Assembly: GCF_009834535.1 (NCBI RefSeq)
Contig: NC_045696.1
Span: 59,398,001 to 59,462,000 of the forward strand
From: Camelus ferus
Taxonomy: Eukaryota
Direction of reading: 5' to 3'
Length of the DNA: 64,000 bases
Shown here: one piece after another, positions 48,477-61,925 of the stretch
Position numbering within the stretch: the stretch's first letter is position 1
Layout: each line of letters begins with the position of its first letter
Position numbers and translations under genes: made by a program
Notes under the pieces: model-generated
Databases searched by the model: none
What the model saw: the letters and a program-made list of their open reading frames with translations, nothing else
Told to the model about the DNA's origin: nothing

Positions 48477-49415
48477 CATGAAAAAAGAGAAACAATATGT
48501 TATCATTGAAGGAGCGTACTAGATGCAGGCTCTCTGCTTCTCAGAGGGTGGTCACAAGCATTGCTTCCTGGGCTCTTGAGAACATAAAACGTTCTTCACA
48601 GTTTCTGGCAGGTGGGAGGCAACTTGTAGTGTCCTGGTGTGCCTACTGCCTCCCTCCCAAGGGGCCTGTGTTCACCAGGATTGTATGTACCTGGCAGACT
48701 GAGGAGTTTACCAACTAGTCATGCCTACCCATCACTTCCTAATTCTGTTGGCCCCAAGATCACACATAATGACTGTTGAAAACAAAACCTGGAACGGAAC
48801 TATCTAAAGACAGTGAAGTCTGGGGAGGAAGCTGAAGGACTCAGTGCATCAGTGTTTACCACTCTTCTGCTTAGCCATGGCTTTGGGAAAGAAGGGAAAC
48901 TGTACAAATGAATAGCTAGACCAGGCAGGTGATATTGATGAGAAGAAATTATCTATTCAGGGTCATGGTCAAGTTGGCTGGAAAGACAGGAGCCTGTGGG
49001 CGTAGGTGGGCTCTCCAGTCTGGTGTAATCATTTGTGGGTGACATTTGACATTCATTTATTCAAGCATTTATTCATCATTTATTTATTTAACATGTATTT
49101 AAAGCCTCTATATGCAGGCAGATTTGGAATTCATGGTAAGCAAGATAGACATTTTGAGAAAGTTAAGGAAAACCTGGGTATTACCCAGTGCCAAACCAGT
49201 GACTATAAAGAACAGCACAGTATATGACTGTGCTGGTAGCACAGGGGATGAACCAGCCAGCAGAAGACAAGGAAATAAGACCAGTAAGTGATGAAAGAAG
49301 ATCCCAGAATCTAAAGAACCAGTCAGTTTGATGCCATTTTGGGCACTATTCTAGAACAGGTGATTAAACAGACAGTTGTGATAATTTATGAATTACCATA
49401 CTGTACCCTTTATGA

Positions 49416-49636
49416 ATATGAATGATAACGTTTTCTTTTCTGATAGGTTTGTCACATCCCTGTAGCTAAAGCACACTCATCTTTCCTTTAGAATAAAGGG
49501 ATTGGAAGAACACTTTTCTTAATTCTGACTTATTAAGCGAAGATGGAACAAAAAACAGATGGGAAGCAATTTGAAAGGAAGGATGGGTGCTGCTGGGTGA
49601 AGGGGGACAAAATCCAAGAGGGGCTGGGAGGAAGGC
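49416..49636 (+). repeat. Copy 2 of a ~220-bp local direct repeat
   Basis: Aligns colinearly with 48253-48476. Confidence 0.9.
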
Positions 49637-49664
49637 TGGTTGTGTGAAATGAATGGGAGGAAAT

Positions 49665-50130
49665 AGCCCCACTGTCCTGTGTGAAGGCCCGGCCACATCT
49701 GGACCACTACATTCAACCCTGCAACATTGAACCCTGCCAACCCCATTTAAGAGCTACATGGACCAGTTAGAGTATTGTAGGGGGAACAGCATATTGGGGG
49801 ATCCACAAACTGTCTCTGCAGTTGAAGGACTGAAGGGTGTTTTCTGGCAGGAGTGAAAATGGAAGAAAAGTGATTCCTGACTTCAAGTATCAGGAGAGCC
49901 GCCCCAAAGAGGAGGGGACAAGCATGGCCTCTGTTGCATCAATGGGTAGAAGTTAGGGACTCAGGTGGGGAAAGAATCTGCCCAGGTGGGAGCTGTCCAG
50001 CAGTAATGCTGCTGCCTCTGGAGAAAGTGAGCTGTTGCTGAAGACTGTAGGAAGGATTCCTCCAGTGGGTTGGAGGCTGGATTAGATCATTTCTAAGAAG
50101 CTTCCCTGCCCTGAATTCTGTGTTTCTATG
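49665..50130 (+). mobile_element. L3/CR1 3' end
   Basis: ccacatctggaccactacattca...catttaagagctacatggaccagttagag...gttgaaggactg...ggaggctggattagatcatttctaag...cttccctgccctgaattctgtgtttctatga. Confidence 0.7.
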
Positions 50131-52316
50131 ATACTGGGGGAAAATACATCATAAAATCTAGGACCTCAAAACAGTATTACCACCTGCACCAACATACACT
50201 CTCCTCAGGTTCCCTAAATAAGTTAAGGTATAGAATTTCACTTCAGATCTTGTCTACATCTTAAAATCCTCAGAGAACTGCTTCCCAGTCCCTTTAGACT
50301 CTGAGTGGGAATTTTGAGGCATCACCTGGGCCAAATGTCATCCTGAGGTGTGACAGTTTGGAACACTACTAGTCACTCTTTTGGGATCCATCTCAGCCTG
50401 AGATGAGTCCTTTCCAGTTTCCCTTTTTTGCTCCTGATGAGTTTGAGTATCTATCTCCTGGGACTTCTCTAATGTTTCTGTTATCTTATTCTGAGGAATC
50501 ATAGAATACTAGGGTAGGAAGATCTGCCTTAACGGTCTTCTAGTTCAACTTCCTAACAACTCCATTCATTCAATTCAATGAATATTTATTGAGTGCCTAC
50601 TATGAGCCAGGACATGAATAGGGATCTTGGTGAATTCTTGTATTATCTTTTCTGTCATCAATCCTACACTTATCTAGATTTTTGGCCTCCTGCCCTGCTG
50701 TGTGCTTGCAATTACTTGTACGTGAAAGGAGTGGAAACGAAATACTCAGAATCAGTTGATGAATATCCCTAGAAATTGAGACACACATCGAAAATCTAGC
50801 CTGAGAGTAAACAATTGCCCAGGCATGGCTCACAGTGTGGATAATCTACCGACTGTGATTATTGGAAGTTGACCATATGCTTGGAATAGGAATTTCTAAG
50901 TATCTAGTAAAGAAACCCGTTATTTTTATTGCATTGAACTCTTCCTCTTCTTCATCATTGTTTTCTGCTTTGTCATGATCATCTTTCTACTGCTCCTAAG
51001 GGCACCAGTTGTTAACCCTTTGATATGCCTGCCACTTAACTCTGTTCTTAGCAGTGCCACTGAGGTGCTGAGTGTGCCAGAAAAGAAAGCAGGTGTCATA
51101 CTGATGAGGGAAGATGACAAGAAATTAAGATGGGACATTCTGTAATGCTGATCAAACTAAGGTGCCAATATTCAAAGCTTATTGTTTAATAACATTTGCC
51201 CGTGTTCTACTGATTTCAGCAAGAGATAAATTGGGCTTATAGCCAGCACTGTCTATGTCAGCATCACCAGAAAATAGAATCAGAGAGAGCCAGAAAGACA
51301 GTAAAAGATGAGGTCAAAACTGCAAGGGTTTCCTCCCACTGTATTCAGCATGAGAGAACTCAAGCTATATAAACTGTCGTCACTGAATGTGTCTGTTGTA
51401 AGGACCTGCTGAGAGGTGTTGTTGGCATCTTGCCCTTTGCTCTAGGATCATCAATTAAAGGGAGATGTGGGGAGTAGTGATGGAAGGTCCGGAAGACAGG
51501 GCCAATGATGACATTTGCCTAAAGCTTATAGCTTTTCAGATCCGTTTTGTTGTTGTTGTTGCTTATGTTTAGAGGGCTTGTAATTTCTGTTATGGTTCCC
51601 ACATTCTGTACAAATTTCTCAGCAATATCAGTTAATTGTCCTTATTGTTAGGTATATGCAGCACAAGCTCTGAATAGCAAATAGTGTCTTCTCTGCTGCT
51701 AAGGAACATAAAATCTAAATGTGAAGATTGTTGCAGGTGGGAAATGACTAAAACTCAGGTTTCCTCTGGCCAAGGCCGATGGTGTCTGTGGATGGGCAGG
51801 GCAGTGAAGGTGGGGGCAAGGGATACCTCAGACTTCCTCCCCTAGATTTTGTGTTCAGTTTTAAATGCCACTCATTTATGTTCATCTGTGGACTATTGTC
51901 AACTATTTTTCAGTCACTAAACTACACTAAAAGATGGAGTGAAAAAACAAAAGCACTTAAAACCATGGAAACTATTCAAAGAGATGAGTGAAAGACTGTC
52001 TGTAGTGGGAACCCTGAACATAAAGCCTAGAATGCTGGGGGTGGGCTCCGTTGTATTCTACAGTAGGTCATCCTGTTCCATTTCCTTGGGGCTGAGATGT
52101 TTCTTTCACTTAGTCACCTACCTGGTTCAATCTTGCATTGCTGTGGTGTCAGAAGCATGGTTCTGGTGGTAGGTAGCAGTCAGCTGATACACACTTTGAA
52201 GCTGTTCACTTCCCTGACCATGCCACTGCTGGACTTGGCATTTCTGTGTATGTGCTGGCAGAGTCCTTAATGGGGCAGAGGAGCCAAAGGGGCTTGTGGA
52301 AACCCTGTGAAAAGCA

Positions 52317-52320
<4 letters not shown>

Positions 52321-52386
<66 letters not shown>
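52321..52386 (+). repeat. (TG)33 perfect microsatellite
   Basis: Direct reading. Confidence 0.97.
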
Positions 52387-52389
<3 letters not shown>

Positions 52390-53199
52390 GGGTGAGAGCC
52401 AGCTGTGAGGCTTCAAATGCAGAGACAAGCGTATTTGATTCCCTGGAGAACAATAACCTGAACAATCAGAGGTGGAAACCATGTGCTCATGAAGTAACTA
52501 TGAGAAGCAGCCCTGAGTATTCCAGGAATGCTTCCAGCAAATGCCCTTAGGTGATAAATCAAGGACCCAGCATCCGACAGAAGGATTCCTGATGGAGAAG
52601 GGGGTGTTGTTTTTTCTTCATGATCTTCAATATGACCCTCAGAGGGAGGTTTGCACATCGCCCCTGACTTGATGGGAGTGGAACTGTGGACTACTAGAGG
52701 AGAAAGAGTGGGCTCAATGACGAATACCGACCCTAGAAATTATGCATGGGGTTCCAACCCAGGAAGAATGGACGTCTGAACCCTCTCCTCTAGGAGGAGA
52801 AGTGTGTGTGCTAGCTGACAAATTTCCTTGCCTGTGGAACAGGCATAGAGACATGACCAGACACAACAGTAGTGAGGATTGCCTGAGAGCATGTGCGAGG
52901 TACCTAGCCTAGAACTTGGCACACAGCAGGGGCAGGCGGCAAGTGGCAGTTTCTTCCCCTTTCCTTGCTTAGAAGAGGGGACCTTGTTTTGTCACTTGTC
53001 CATTGTCTCTAGGACAGCTTTGTCAAAGGCGGGGTTGGGGTGTTGGTTAAGGTTAGAATTAGAGCTAGTAGGAATAGGAGTGATAGTAGTAAGATCAGTA
53101 TCCCCTAACAGGCTTATAGTAAATACTGAAAAAAATTTTTTTAAATACTAAGTGAATGAATATATATGCCTAGTAGTGTGATAAAGTCTTGGCCTCTTT

Positions 53200-53720
53200 T
53201 TCAAATTATAAAACTCTTTCCTTATTATGGAAAATAAATGCAGAAAGTAGAAATAATTTTTTTAAAAAATAGAAATAATTTTAAAAAGCCACTTGTAACT
53301 CTACCCACTAGAAATAGAAACAATTAATATATTGACATTTTTCCTTCCTGTCTTTTTTCTTTGGAGATTTTTTAAAACATAGTTGAATCATATTATTTAT
53401 TTAATTTTGCTTCTGTTTTATTCCACTCAACATTATACCCTAAGAATATTTACATAATGGTAAAAACTTTTTTTTGCATAATAGTGTGTCTTGGGATGCA
53501 CCATATTTCAACCAACCTCTTTAATTAGACATCTGAGTCATTTCCAAAACTTCATTGCTGTAAATAACTCTCAGTAAACATCTTTGTGTCTAAACTTTTG
53601 TCTACATTTTAACGGTTTCTTTGGGATAGATTTGGGGCAATCATGGATTTTTTTTTTAAGGCTAGTGATATACATTGCTGCATTTCTTTCCAAATTTCCC
53701 AGTTTGTACTTCCAATATGC
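53200..53720 (-). mobile_element. Ancient L1ME 3' fragment
   Basis: acaattaatatattgacattttttccttcctgtc...agacatctgagtcatttccaa...attgctgtaaataac...acattgctgcatttctttcca. Confidence 0.6.
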
Positions 53721-56700
53721 CTTGCCATAAACTTCCAAGCCTTTATATTTCTCCAAATTTATGTTTATATTCTCATCATTGCCCAAACCCCACTGTGCAA
53801 ACAGTCTTAACACCATCATCAGGGACCCTAATTTAGGGTCATGTATTATGCACCTAACTAACCCTGATTCTGGATATGAAAAGTGGAAAGGAATTGGCCA
53901 CAGGGACTGCCCCTTGGGGTCTCCCAGGTTAGGATTCCTTTTACTTTCCTAAGCTAATAGGCATCTTAACGGGGACCATTCATTACAGTTCGGATCTGAT
54001 AAAAAAGTCTATAAAGACTTAATTGTTCTTTGCTCTTGGTGAATCTTTAGTTTTGCCTCTGGGTCTATTTCAGCTGCTTGGCTAGTTGCTCAGTTAGTTC
54101 CTGGCTTGGCCCAAAGTGATTGTTAACCTCTGCTCACCTGAACTGAGATCCTTATCTGCCTTCCACTGAGAAACTTGGGTCTTCCTGGAGTTTGTCTCTG
54201 GGCAGCAATGCTGAATGGGCCTCTAAAGCTTAGGTGGGGTCATTTATTTTCTTTTTAGGCTTCTGAAGTTTGTGGCTTACCAACAGCAGGCTGATTAGGA
54301 AGCTGATGTTTCTGGTCCCTCTCACATTAGGTAAACTTCAGCGTTTCAGGTGAAATAAGCCCCAGCGCATACAGAATTTCAAGAATTCATGCTGGGAAAT
54401 CAAGATGATTTAAATTTAGTTCAGATTCATTTGGCTGGAATGTTGGAAATGGGAGCACTCCCTGAATATAGATGCTGGAGGGACAGTGTGGTGTTGAGGG
54501 AAAGGATTTATTTTTTCCTCGGCAGTTTCCAGATTTGGGGTGGTTTCTTTCTTCCCCGTTACATAATTGTTTGCAGCATGTTTTGTATTTCTCTCTTCAC
54601 CTGTCATTGGTTAGGTTCTTTCATGTGCCCCTCACTAGTGTTTGGTGTATTTTTGAGCATGTATTGGATCCTTACACTTCATGTTACAATATTTCAGTTT
54701 TGTAGAGAGACTGCTTTTAGTACATACGTGTACTTCTGGCAGATTATGTATGCTGCCACCAAGTGGCGGAGTACCTCAGCTCAGCGGCCTGGAAGATACA
54801 GATGGGTTTGGTCAGAGGCTCCAAATGGTAATAGTCTACTCTCTCCTCATTAGACCTTAGATTTTTCCAGGCTTTACTTTTTAATTTTGTATTGAAACTT
54901 ATGTAACCACTAAACAACAATTATTTTTCCTCAACCACAAAATGAGTTTAATATTATCTTTCTTAAGACAATTTTAGTAAATATTAAATAATGTTTGTGA
55001 AAATATTTAGCTGGAGTATGTAGTAATTGCCAGTTGAAATTTTATTGCCAGTGGAATTTTATAATGATGCTATTTTGGGGGAAAATGCTTAAATAATGCA
55101 GAATCTCTATACCAGTTCTTAACTTCCTTTTTTAAGATAAAATCCTTTAAAAAATTCTTTCCTATTGGTTTGTCTTTAGTGTTAGGTAGATCTGAAGTCA
55201 CAGCACCCCAAACATACTTATCTCTTGGAATTTCTACTGTCTTCCTCACTGTTTGCATCAGTCACACACATTGAAGATAAAAGTCTTCATTTGTCTTTTC
55301 AAACCTTCCCTTTCAGATTCTGTTTTCTTTCTCTGAACGTGGAAAATGAGAACAAGAGAAACATTACTACCTAGGGCTTCTGGGGGCTGAGAGTATAACC
55401 CTGGTGAATACACTTACTTGTTGCCGAAAATTTCTGTACCAGTTTGCCACTGTAGCTTTTACTAAAAGAAGAAGGCTTTCCTCTCACCTGTTTCTCTCCA
55501 TCTCATCTCTTCTTGGATTGCTTTAGATAAAAAGACTTATAAAGAATTTCTTTATGAAAAGAACAGCATCACCTGTGCAGAACAAAATAACTTGAAAAAA
55601 ATTTGAAAAAGACTTTGAATCCAGAAAACTCATCATGTAGTGGTGATGGGTCCCATCTCTTCCACGAATTCCAGTTGTTCACAAGGTTTTCTCCCTGAGA
55701 GGTGACAAATCTCCTGAAGGCAAGGACAAGGAGTCTGGTTTGGCAGGAAGTTTGCAGAGCAGCACCTGCAAGTTGTCTGAATCTCCTTAGACTGGGATCT
55801 CCCTGAAGGGAAAGGGCAGTGTCTCACCTCCAGGGTCCTCGGAGCCAACGCCAGGCTCTCTCTTCAAGACACGAAGTCACTGAAGCCAGACCTAGGTCTC
55901 CTTGGGATGTTCACTTTCCTTTGTGAGGGGCTGTACCCATAGGGAATGCCCAGGCTGGATGGGTGGACTGGCTCTATGACAGAGGATGGAGCATGGAGGA
56001 GCATTGTGCGGGAGCTGGGAGTGGATGCTGTCTCACCAAGGAGAAGTGTTCCTGTTTCTAAATTGAGCAAGTATGACAGCCAGCCCGTTTCTCCTGGAAC
56101 CTAGACAGAAGCACTTTGTGAGAGCCACCATGACTCAGCTAGGGCAGATGTTCTTCCGAATCATTTACTGACATCATCCAAGTGTGCATCCTGATTGTCC
56201 TCCTTCTTCCCCTTTCTGTCAGAGCCTCCCTCCTCCCCCTCCCCCTTACCTCATTCTGGATCAAGCAAGGACCAGCCTTGGTTTTGAGAGCTACTCAAAA
56301 ACCTTAAAACCAGTCAATTTTCCCCCTTTTGTCTCAAACTATTTTGTGCAGTCCTGAGCTGGAATTTTATCTGTTACATTGACAGCAATTTTTGTGCCAG
56401 GTCTTGCACAGAAACTCTTTTTGGCCTGGTGCTCAAGGCAAGGTCTGACCCTAGTGCCAGGTCATGCTCCACCCTGATTCTCTGTCCTGAAAGAGAACGT
56501 CCTCTTATCCCTAGACTGGAGGCTGTTTTCCTTTGCAGGATACTCAGGCTTCAGAACTTATTTGCTGAAGATAAATTCCCTGTTTTGGACCTGGAGGAAG
56601 ACAAGAACCATTCCCCCGACCGCAGCCCCGACTGGGATGGAATCCTCCATTAGGACACCTGCAAATTGGTCCAGATTGAATTCTGTGCATAGATGGGACA

Positions 56701-57566
56701 GTTGTTTAGTTCTTACATACCCACCAACTTAGAGAGAGGTCAAATAATCCTCTGGTTTTTTTCAGGCTACACTTGCAGACTATTGAGGGCAGTTCTTGCC
56801 CTCGGGAAAGCTTCAATCCAGTAGAAATTCCAGGACCCACTAGAGAAAACAAACTAAATGTTTTCCAAGCAGTTGTTAAATAAGTAAACCAATTCAATGG
56901 ATGTCATCAGAGACAGTTAATTGAATGTATAACCTGAAGTGGATTTTAAAAGAACTAGCTGGATTAGCATCTGAGAGCTTGAGGCAGGAAGGGCTTATAG
57001 AAGTCAGCCAGGCCAACCCCTTCCCTTTAAAAAGGTGGAATTCTGTCCAGGGAGTGTAGTGAGCTGCCCAGGGCCATCCAGCTGGCCAGTAGTGTTGCTG
57101 GGGCCAGTCACTGCAACCAGACAAGGACAGGACCTGTGGGCCAGCAGGTGGCTCCCAGAGTAGCACACATTGGGGGCGGGGCCTCCCTGGGGTCTCCCGC
57201 AGGTAATTATCCCACTGACACACAGCTTTCAGAGCCTCTGAGCTGGCTGTGGGTGAGGGCGAGGACCTTTTTGAGCCCTTCCTGTTTAGTTTGAAGTTCC
57301 AAACCTGTCCCCCTTCCTTAGGTTTCTCTGCTGGCTTTCCATGACCTCCCTTGGCGCATTCAGGTTTATACCTGTGACTGAGCCCTCAGAGGGTTTTCCT
57401 CCATGGAAATCACTGGGACCCAGGCTGGTGGCAGAAGGAAGGAAGGCTGGCTTCTGAGTGAGGGCCACCTGCTCTAAGGGAGGCGGAGCCCCTGTGCTGG
57501 CAGAGCCCAGCAGGCTTGGCCCTGAGGGTAGCTGAGGACGTCTGTGGATGGGTTTATTTGGGCACC

Positions 57567-57601
57567 TGTGTGTGTGTGTGCGCGCGCGCGCGCGCGCGCG
57601 C
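57567..57601 (+). repeat. Compound (TG)7(CG)10 microsatellite
   Basis: Direct reading. Confidence 0.95.
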
Positions 57602-57654
57602 TTGTGCGCACAGGCACATGGCCTCAGGCTTTCACGTAAGTGATTGTTACTTAA

Positions 57655-57687
57655 GGAGGAGGAGGAGGAGGAGGAGGAGGAGGAGGA
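57655..57687 (+). repeat. (GGA)11 repeat
   Basis: Direct reading. Confidence 0.95.
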
Positions 57688-60600
57688 GGGGAGGAGTGGA
57701 GGTGTGTGTGGCAGTTTGGACCAAAGATTGTTTCCTAGAGGAAATGTGTGGTTTATTAATGAGGATTCCACCTGCCCAGCCAGGAAACCGGAGCCCAGCT
57801 GGAGAGTGGGGGCATCCCCGGGAGAGAGCAAGGAGAGGTGAGGGTGTGGTGAGAGAAAGAGAAAGGTGGTGAGGACAACAGGGATGCAGCCAACAAAGAG
57901 GAGGCACTGCTCTGAGGGCGGAGCCAGCACACGCCACACCATTGCAGCCTCTCTTGGGTCAGCTGCCTTCCCTCTTCTCTGCCTCCCCATTTTGGAAAAG
58001 TGGCTTAAATGTTCCTGTGGCTTACAGTTGGGGTGACTGAGACACTGTGGTTAGACAGGTTATAGTCTTTGGAATGTGGATTCAATTTTTGGTCCGCTAC
58101 TCACACATGTATGAGCAGTGATTATAATGACATATTTTTAAGTTAAAAAAGATGACTTAGTTTTTCACTCAGCCTGGGGAAGGGCTGTGTGGAGAGGTTG
58201 TGGTTTTTGGTTTCCGTTCGTTCTTTCTTTCCCTCGCTGCTTTGGTTTCCATTTCATTTCTGCTTCATGTTCTGAATACGCTAGAAGGAAGGAACCTACA
58301 GCTCTGTGAAGGAGGGTGGGAAATAGGAAAGGAGGCTGCGAAATAAGACAGGAGGTTGCTGTTGGGAAATGGATGTGTCAGTTTCCATCCCACGCCTCTG
58401 AACACACCCCTCTGCCACCTGCCCTCCGGCAGCCAGCCCCAGATTTCCAGAAGCAATGGTTCTGTCCTCCTCCTGAGTTTCCAAGCTCTTTTTCTCCTGA
58501 GATTAGCTCCTTCCAAGCACTCTGGCCCAGACCAGTCTGGCCTAGAAAGTGGTCGCCTCTTTTGGTGAATGGACGTTGTGTTTCAGAGGCCACGAGACTG
58601 TAAGGTAATGACCTGGTGGATTAACACACACCAGGGTTTATATGCAGCTGCCCAAGCTGGCCTCAGTGGGAAAATTCCTTTGGAAGGATGCATCCTTTTG
58701 CCTTGGTCCTGCTGTCACCCGGCCCATTTCTGGAACTCTCTTTGGGAGCTCCCTCCAACCTGTGGCATGCTCCTTTGACTCTCTGCAGGATGGCAGATCT
58801 TTGTGCTTCTCAGCTTTTTTGGTTCTTGGTTTTTAGAAAGTGTTTTGTTAAAAGATGGCATTGAGGACACGTCAGTATGTGGATGCAGAGGTCCTCCTGT
58901 GTTTTTTAGGCCACTGGACCTGTCACTTTGCGGCCACACTTCGGGATACAGGGAGTAAACTTGGGGTCTGAGTCTTCACCTCACCCTATCCAGGGATGAA
59001 AAAGAGAGTCAGCCACATCCCTGCCCCCGGCACAGTTGCAATCAGAGTCTTTTGTTTGTTTGTTTTTTCAAATAGCTTCATTTGGGTGGAATTAGTTAGC
59101 TGATTTCAAAGAGGTGGAAAACATAAACCTTTTTCATTTGAACTCCATTGCGAGGTCTCCCTGGGACTCTGTCTGGGCAGGAGTTGGTTTTGCTTCTGGT
59201 AAAGTTGAGGGTGGGGCATGAGCAACGGGGAGTTCCTAGACCTGGTACCTAGTAGCACTGGTAGTACCTCACCACGGCTGTGCAGCCAAATCACGGGGAA
59301 CTTCTGAATACTACTGAGCCCAAACCCCAGACCCATTAGTCAGAGTCTCCTCACTTTACAGAGAGGGGATTGAGGCTTCAATTTAGGATAAATGATCACC
59401 TTTGGCCTTTGTCCCCCCAAGTCCTGGCATCACAGATCAGAGGTGCAGAGGCAAAAGATGAGTTGTTAAATGGGTAGAAAAGACACAAATTCTTTGGAAT
59501 AATCATGACCTGGAAAAATGGACAGAACAAAGCAAAACAAAACAAAACAAAAAAACAAAAACAGAACCTCTGGATGGATTAACATAGATCCTGAAGTGGC
59601 CTTCATGGCAGCTGAATCACATCATGACAGGAAACCTGCTGATGGTGGACAGCTACCTGTGAGCCTGCCAAGAGAGGTACATGGGAGGCAGGGGGGGCTC
59701 CCCTCTCCTCCTTTCAGACATTTGGCCATTCAGGAGCCTGCCACATTGTGCAGGAAGAGCTTGAGGACTGTCTGGGTGACAGAACACTCAGACACAACAT
59801 TCCTTGAGAATGGCTCATTTCTCGAGGAGGCACAGCCTCCTCCAGTGTTTTTACTGCTTCTGATTATACCAATGAGAAAGCTTAAAGCAGGTGCTAATGT
59901 GTCTTTAACACTTTTCTTTACACCTGCTGATTTCTGGTTGTTGAAGAAAGTGGGTGTAGTGTGGTTTGGGGCAGTCAGCATAGAGCCGCTATGACAGCAG
60001 CACTAAGGAGCAGAAAGCAGGTTAAGCCACATAGGTGTGGGGGACTGAAACAAAATCTGGGACTCTGCAGCCTGAGAATGGCAGGAGAACTCGGGCACAA
60101 ACGGGCCAGGGGAACCGTTCTTTCATCGGAACTCCAAGGGCCTTTCTTGTTCCTCAAATTCTGAGTGGAGAATTCAGCTCATAAAGTGATTTCAGGGAGG
60201 CGTGGGTACAGCACAGTCCTGGGGAGAGTGTGAATTAGGTGACATCTTGGGGCTACTCTTCCTTCTGCCGTTTGCTGGTTTCTGTCTACTCGTGGTGAGC
60301 TGTCTGTGCACCGTGGTAGGACTGACCATCCAGGTCATCCTGCATTGCAGGTCCCACTTGCTCCTGTGGGGCCAGAGCTGTGTGTGGCAGGGAAGTCCTG
60401 TCTCAGCCTTCCCGTCCCCTGCCTACTCCTCAGTGGCCAGTCCAGCCCTCTACCCCAGTATTTAATTTGTCTCTTTCCCTGGACTACTTAGTGACTCAGT
60501 CTGCTTTGAAAGCTACTTCTGCTCCATCACAGTCCAAGTGCTGGGCCTTCTTGGGCTCCCACACTAGGATTCTGACACCCCACACTGCTGACACCCTGTT

Positions 60601-61189
60601 CCCTGCAACTAGCACCAACGAAACAGCCCCCAGCAGCACCCACTAAGCAGGATCCTTTGCTGCCCCCTCGCCTGATCTGCTGGCATGGTGCTCATTGCCA
60701 GTCTCTGCTCCCCCACCTGCCACCAGGAAGAATCAATGTTACATTTATTCTGACAGGTGTTTTGAGTGAGAATCTGCCAGATGTTCAGAGATATGGGGTG
60801 AACCTCAGGGGGGATCACAGAAGCTGGGGCAATGGAGTCAGGCTGTCTCTCTGCTGCCACAGCACAGTGCAACCATGAGTGAGATGGTCCTCACTCATTG
60901 GGAAGGGGCTTTGGTCCTCGACACAGGATACCCTGGGCCTTCAAACCAGATTACTTAACATCTGGAAGGACTTTTCTTCCTCCCAGTTTCAGAGTTCGCA
61001 TGGCTTAATAGAAGACCTGAAGCGGGGAGATTGACACCTGGATGTCTGGCCCAAATGGCCAAAACACCTACCCAACTGTGAGGGAGGTCACTTCCCTGCT
61101 CTGGAACTTGTTGCCCTTGGCTCTGAAATGAAGGATTAGCATGAGTAAGCATTTAAGTTCCTTCAGGTTCAAGTGTCTCTCTGAGGCAA

Positions 61190-61422
61190 AGTAGCACAAC
61201 AGATCCAGGAATCAAACAGACCGGATTCAAATATGATTTTACCTCTTTCTGGTGACTTGAGCAAGTTACTTAACCTCCCTGGGCTTCAGTTTCCTTAACT
61301 GTAGGGCAGGGTAAAAATAGCAGCTGCTTGTGAGTTTCATGTGAGGAATAAATAAGAAAATGCTTATAAAACCCTTAGCAGACATAGATTCTCATGTGCT
61401 CAATAAAATTAGCTTTTGTCAT
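61190..61422 (+). mobile_element. MIR (near full length)
   Basis: cagaccggattcaaat...gtgacttgagcaagttacttaacctccctgggcttcagtttcctt...gtgctcaataaaattagct. Confidence 0.85.
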
Positions 61423-61569
61423 TAATATGTGTGTATGTCCTATTTTTATCAAAAACAGCTGCTCCAAGTTTCAGGAGTTTGGCTCTCATTTTCTATTTGT
61501 CTTCAGCTTAAGGTTTTGAGCTCCTCCAGATTTAGAGCCCAGATCTGACTGCTGGTCTCCTGCTTCCTT

Positions 61570-61925
61570 CCTGTCAGCCCCCACACAGCTTCTTCTCCAC
61601 CTCAGGGCCTTTGCACAGACTGTTCCCTCTGCCTGCATTATTCTTTCTACAGTGTTCCCTTAACTAGCTCCTTCCCATAGTTTTGGTCTCTGCTTAAATG
61701 TCAGCTACTCACAGTGGCCTATTCTGACCACCTGATAAGTTGTTAAGACTTAGCGTGGTTTGCATTTATACTATTTATCTAGCTAATATCTTGTGTCCAT
61801 CTCTCCCCCTAGAATGTAACCATGTTTCTGTCTTATCCACATCTGTATCCCTAGTGCCTAGCATCAGGCCAGCCACAAAGTAAGTGCTCAATAAATATTT
61901 GCTAGTTCAATAAATTAATGAATTA
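61570..61925 (+). mobile_element. L2 3' end
   Basis: cacctcagggcctttgcacagactgttccctctgcctg...ctgtatccctagtgcctagca...gtaagtgctcaataaatatttgct...taatgaatt. Confidence 0.88.

Noticed and set aside
51495..51530. gccaatgatgacatttgccta (ANDDICL) resembling a reverse transcriptase YADD motif
   Set aside because: No flanking RT motifs or sustained reading frame are visible. It could be an ancient LINE relic, but that needs a profile search.
57286..57990. 234-aa minus-strand ORF and overlapping poly-E, poly-R and poly-L ORFs
   Set aside because: These frames stay open because of stop-free microsatellites ((GGA)n, (CG)n, (TG)n), and the products are low complexity.
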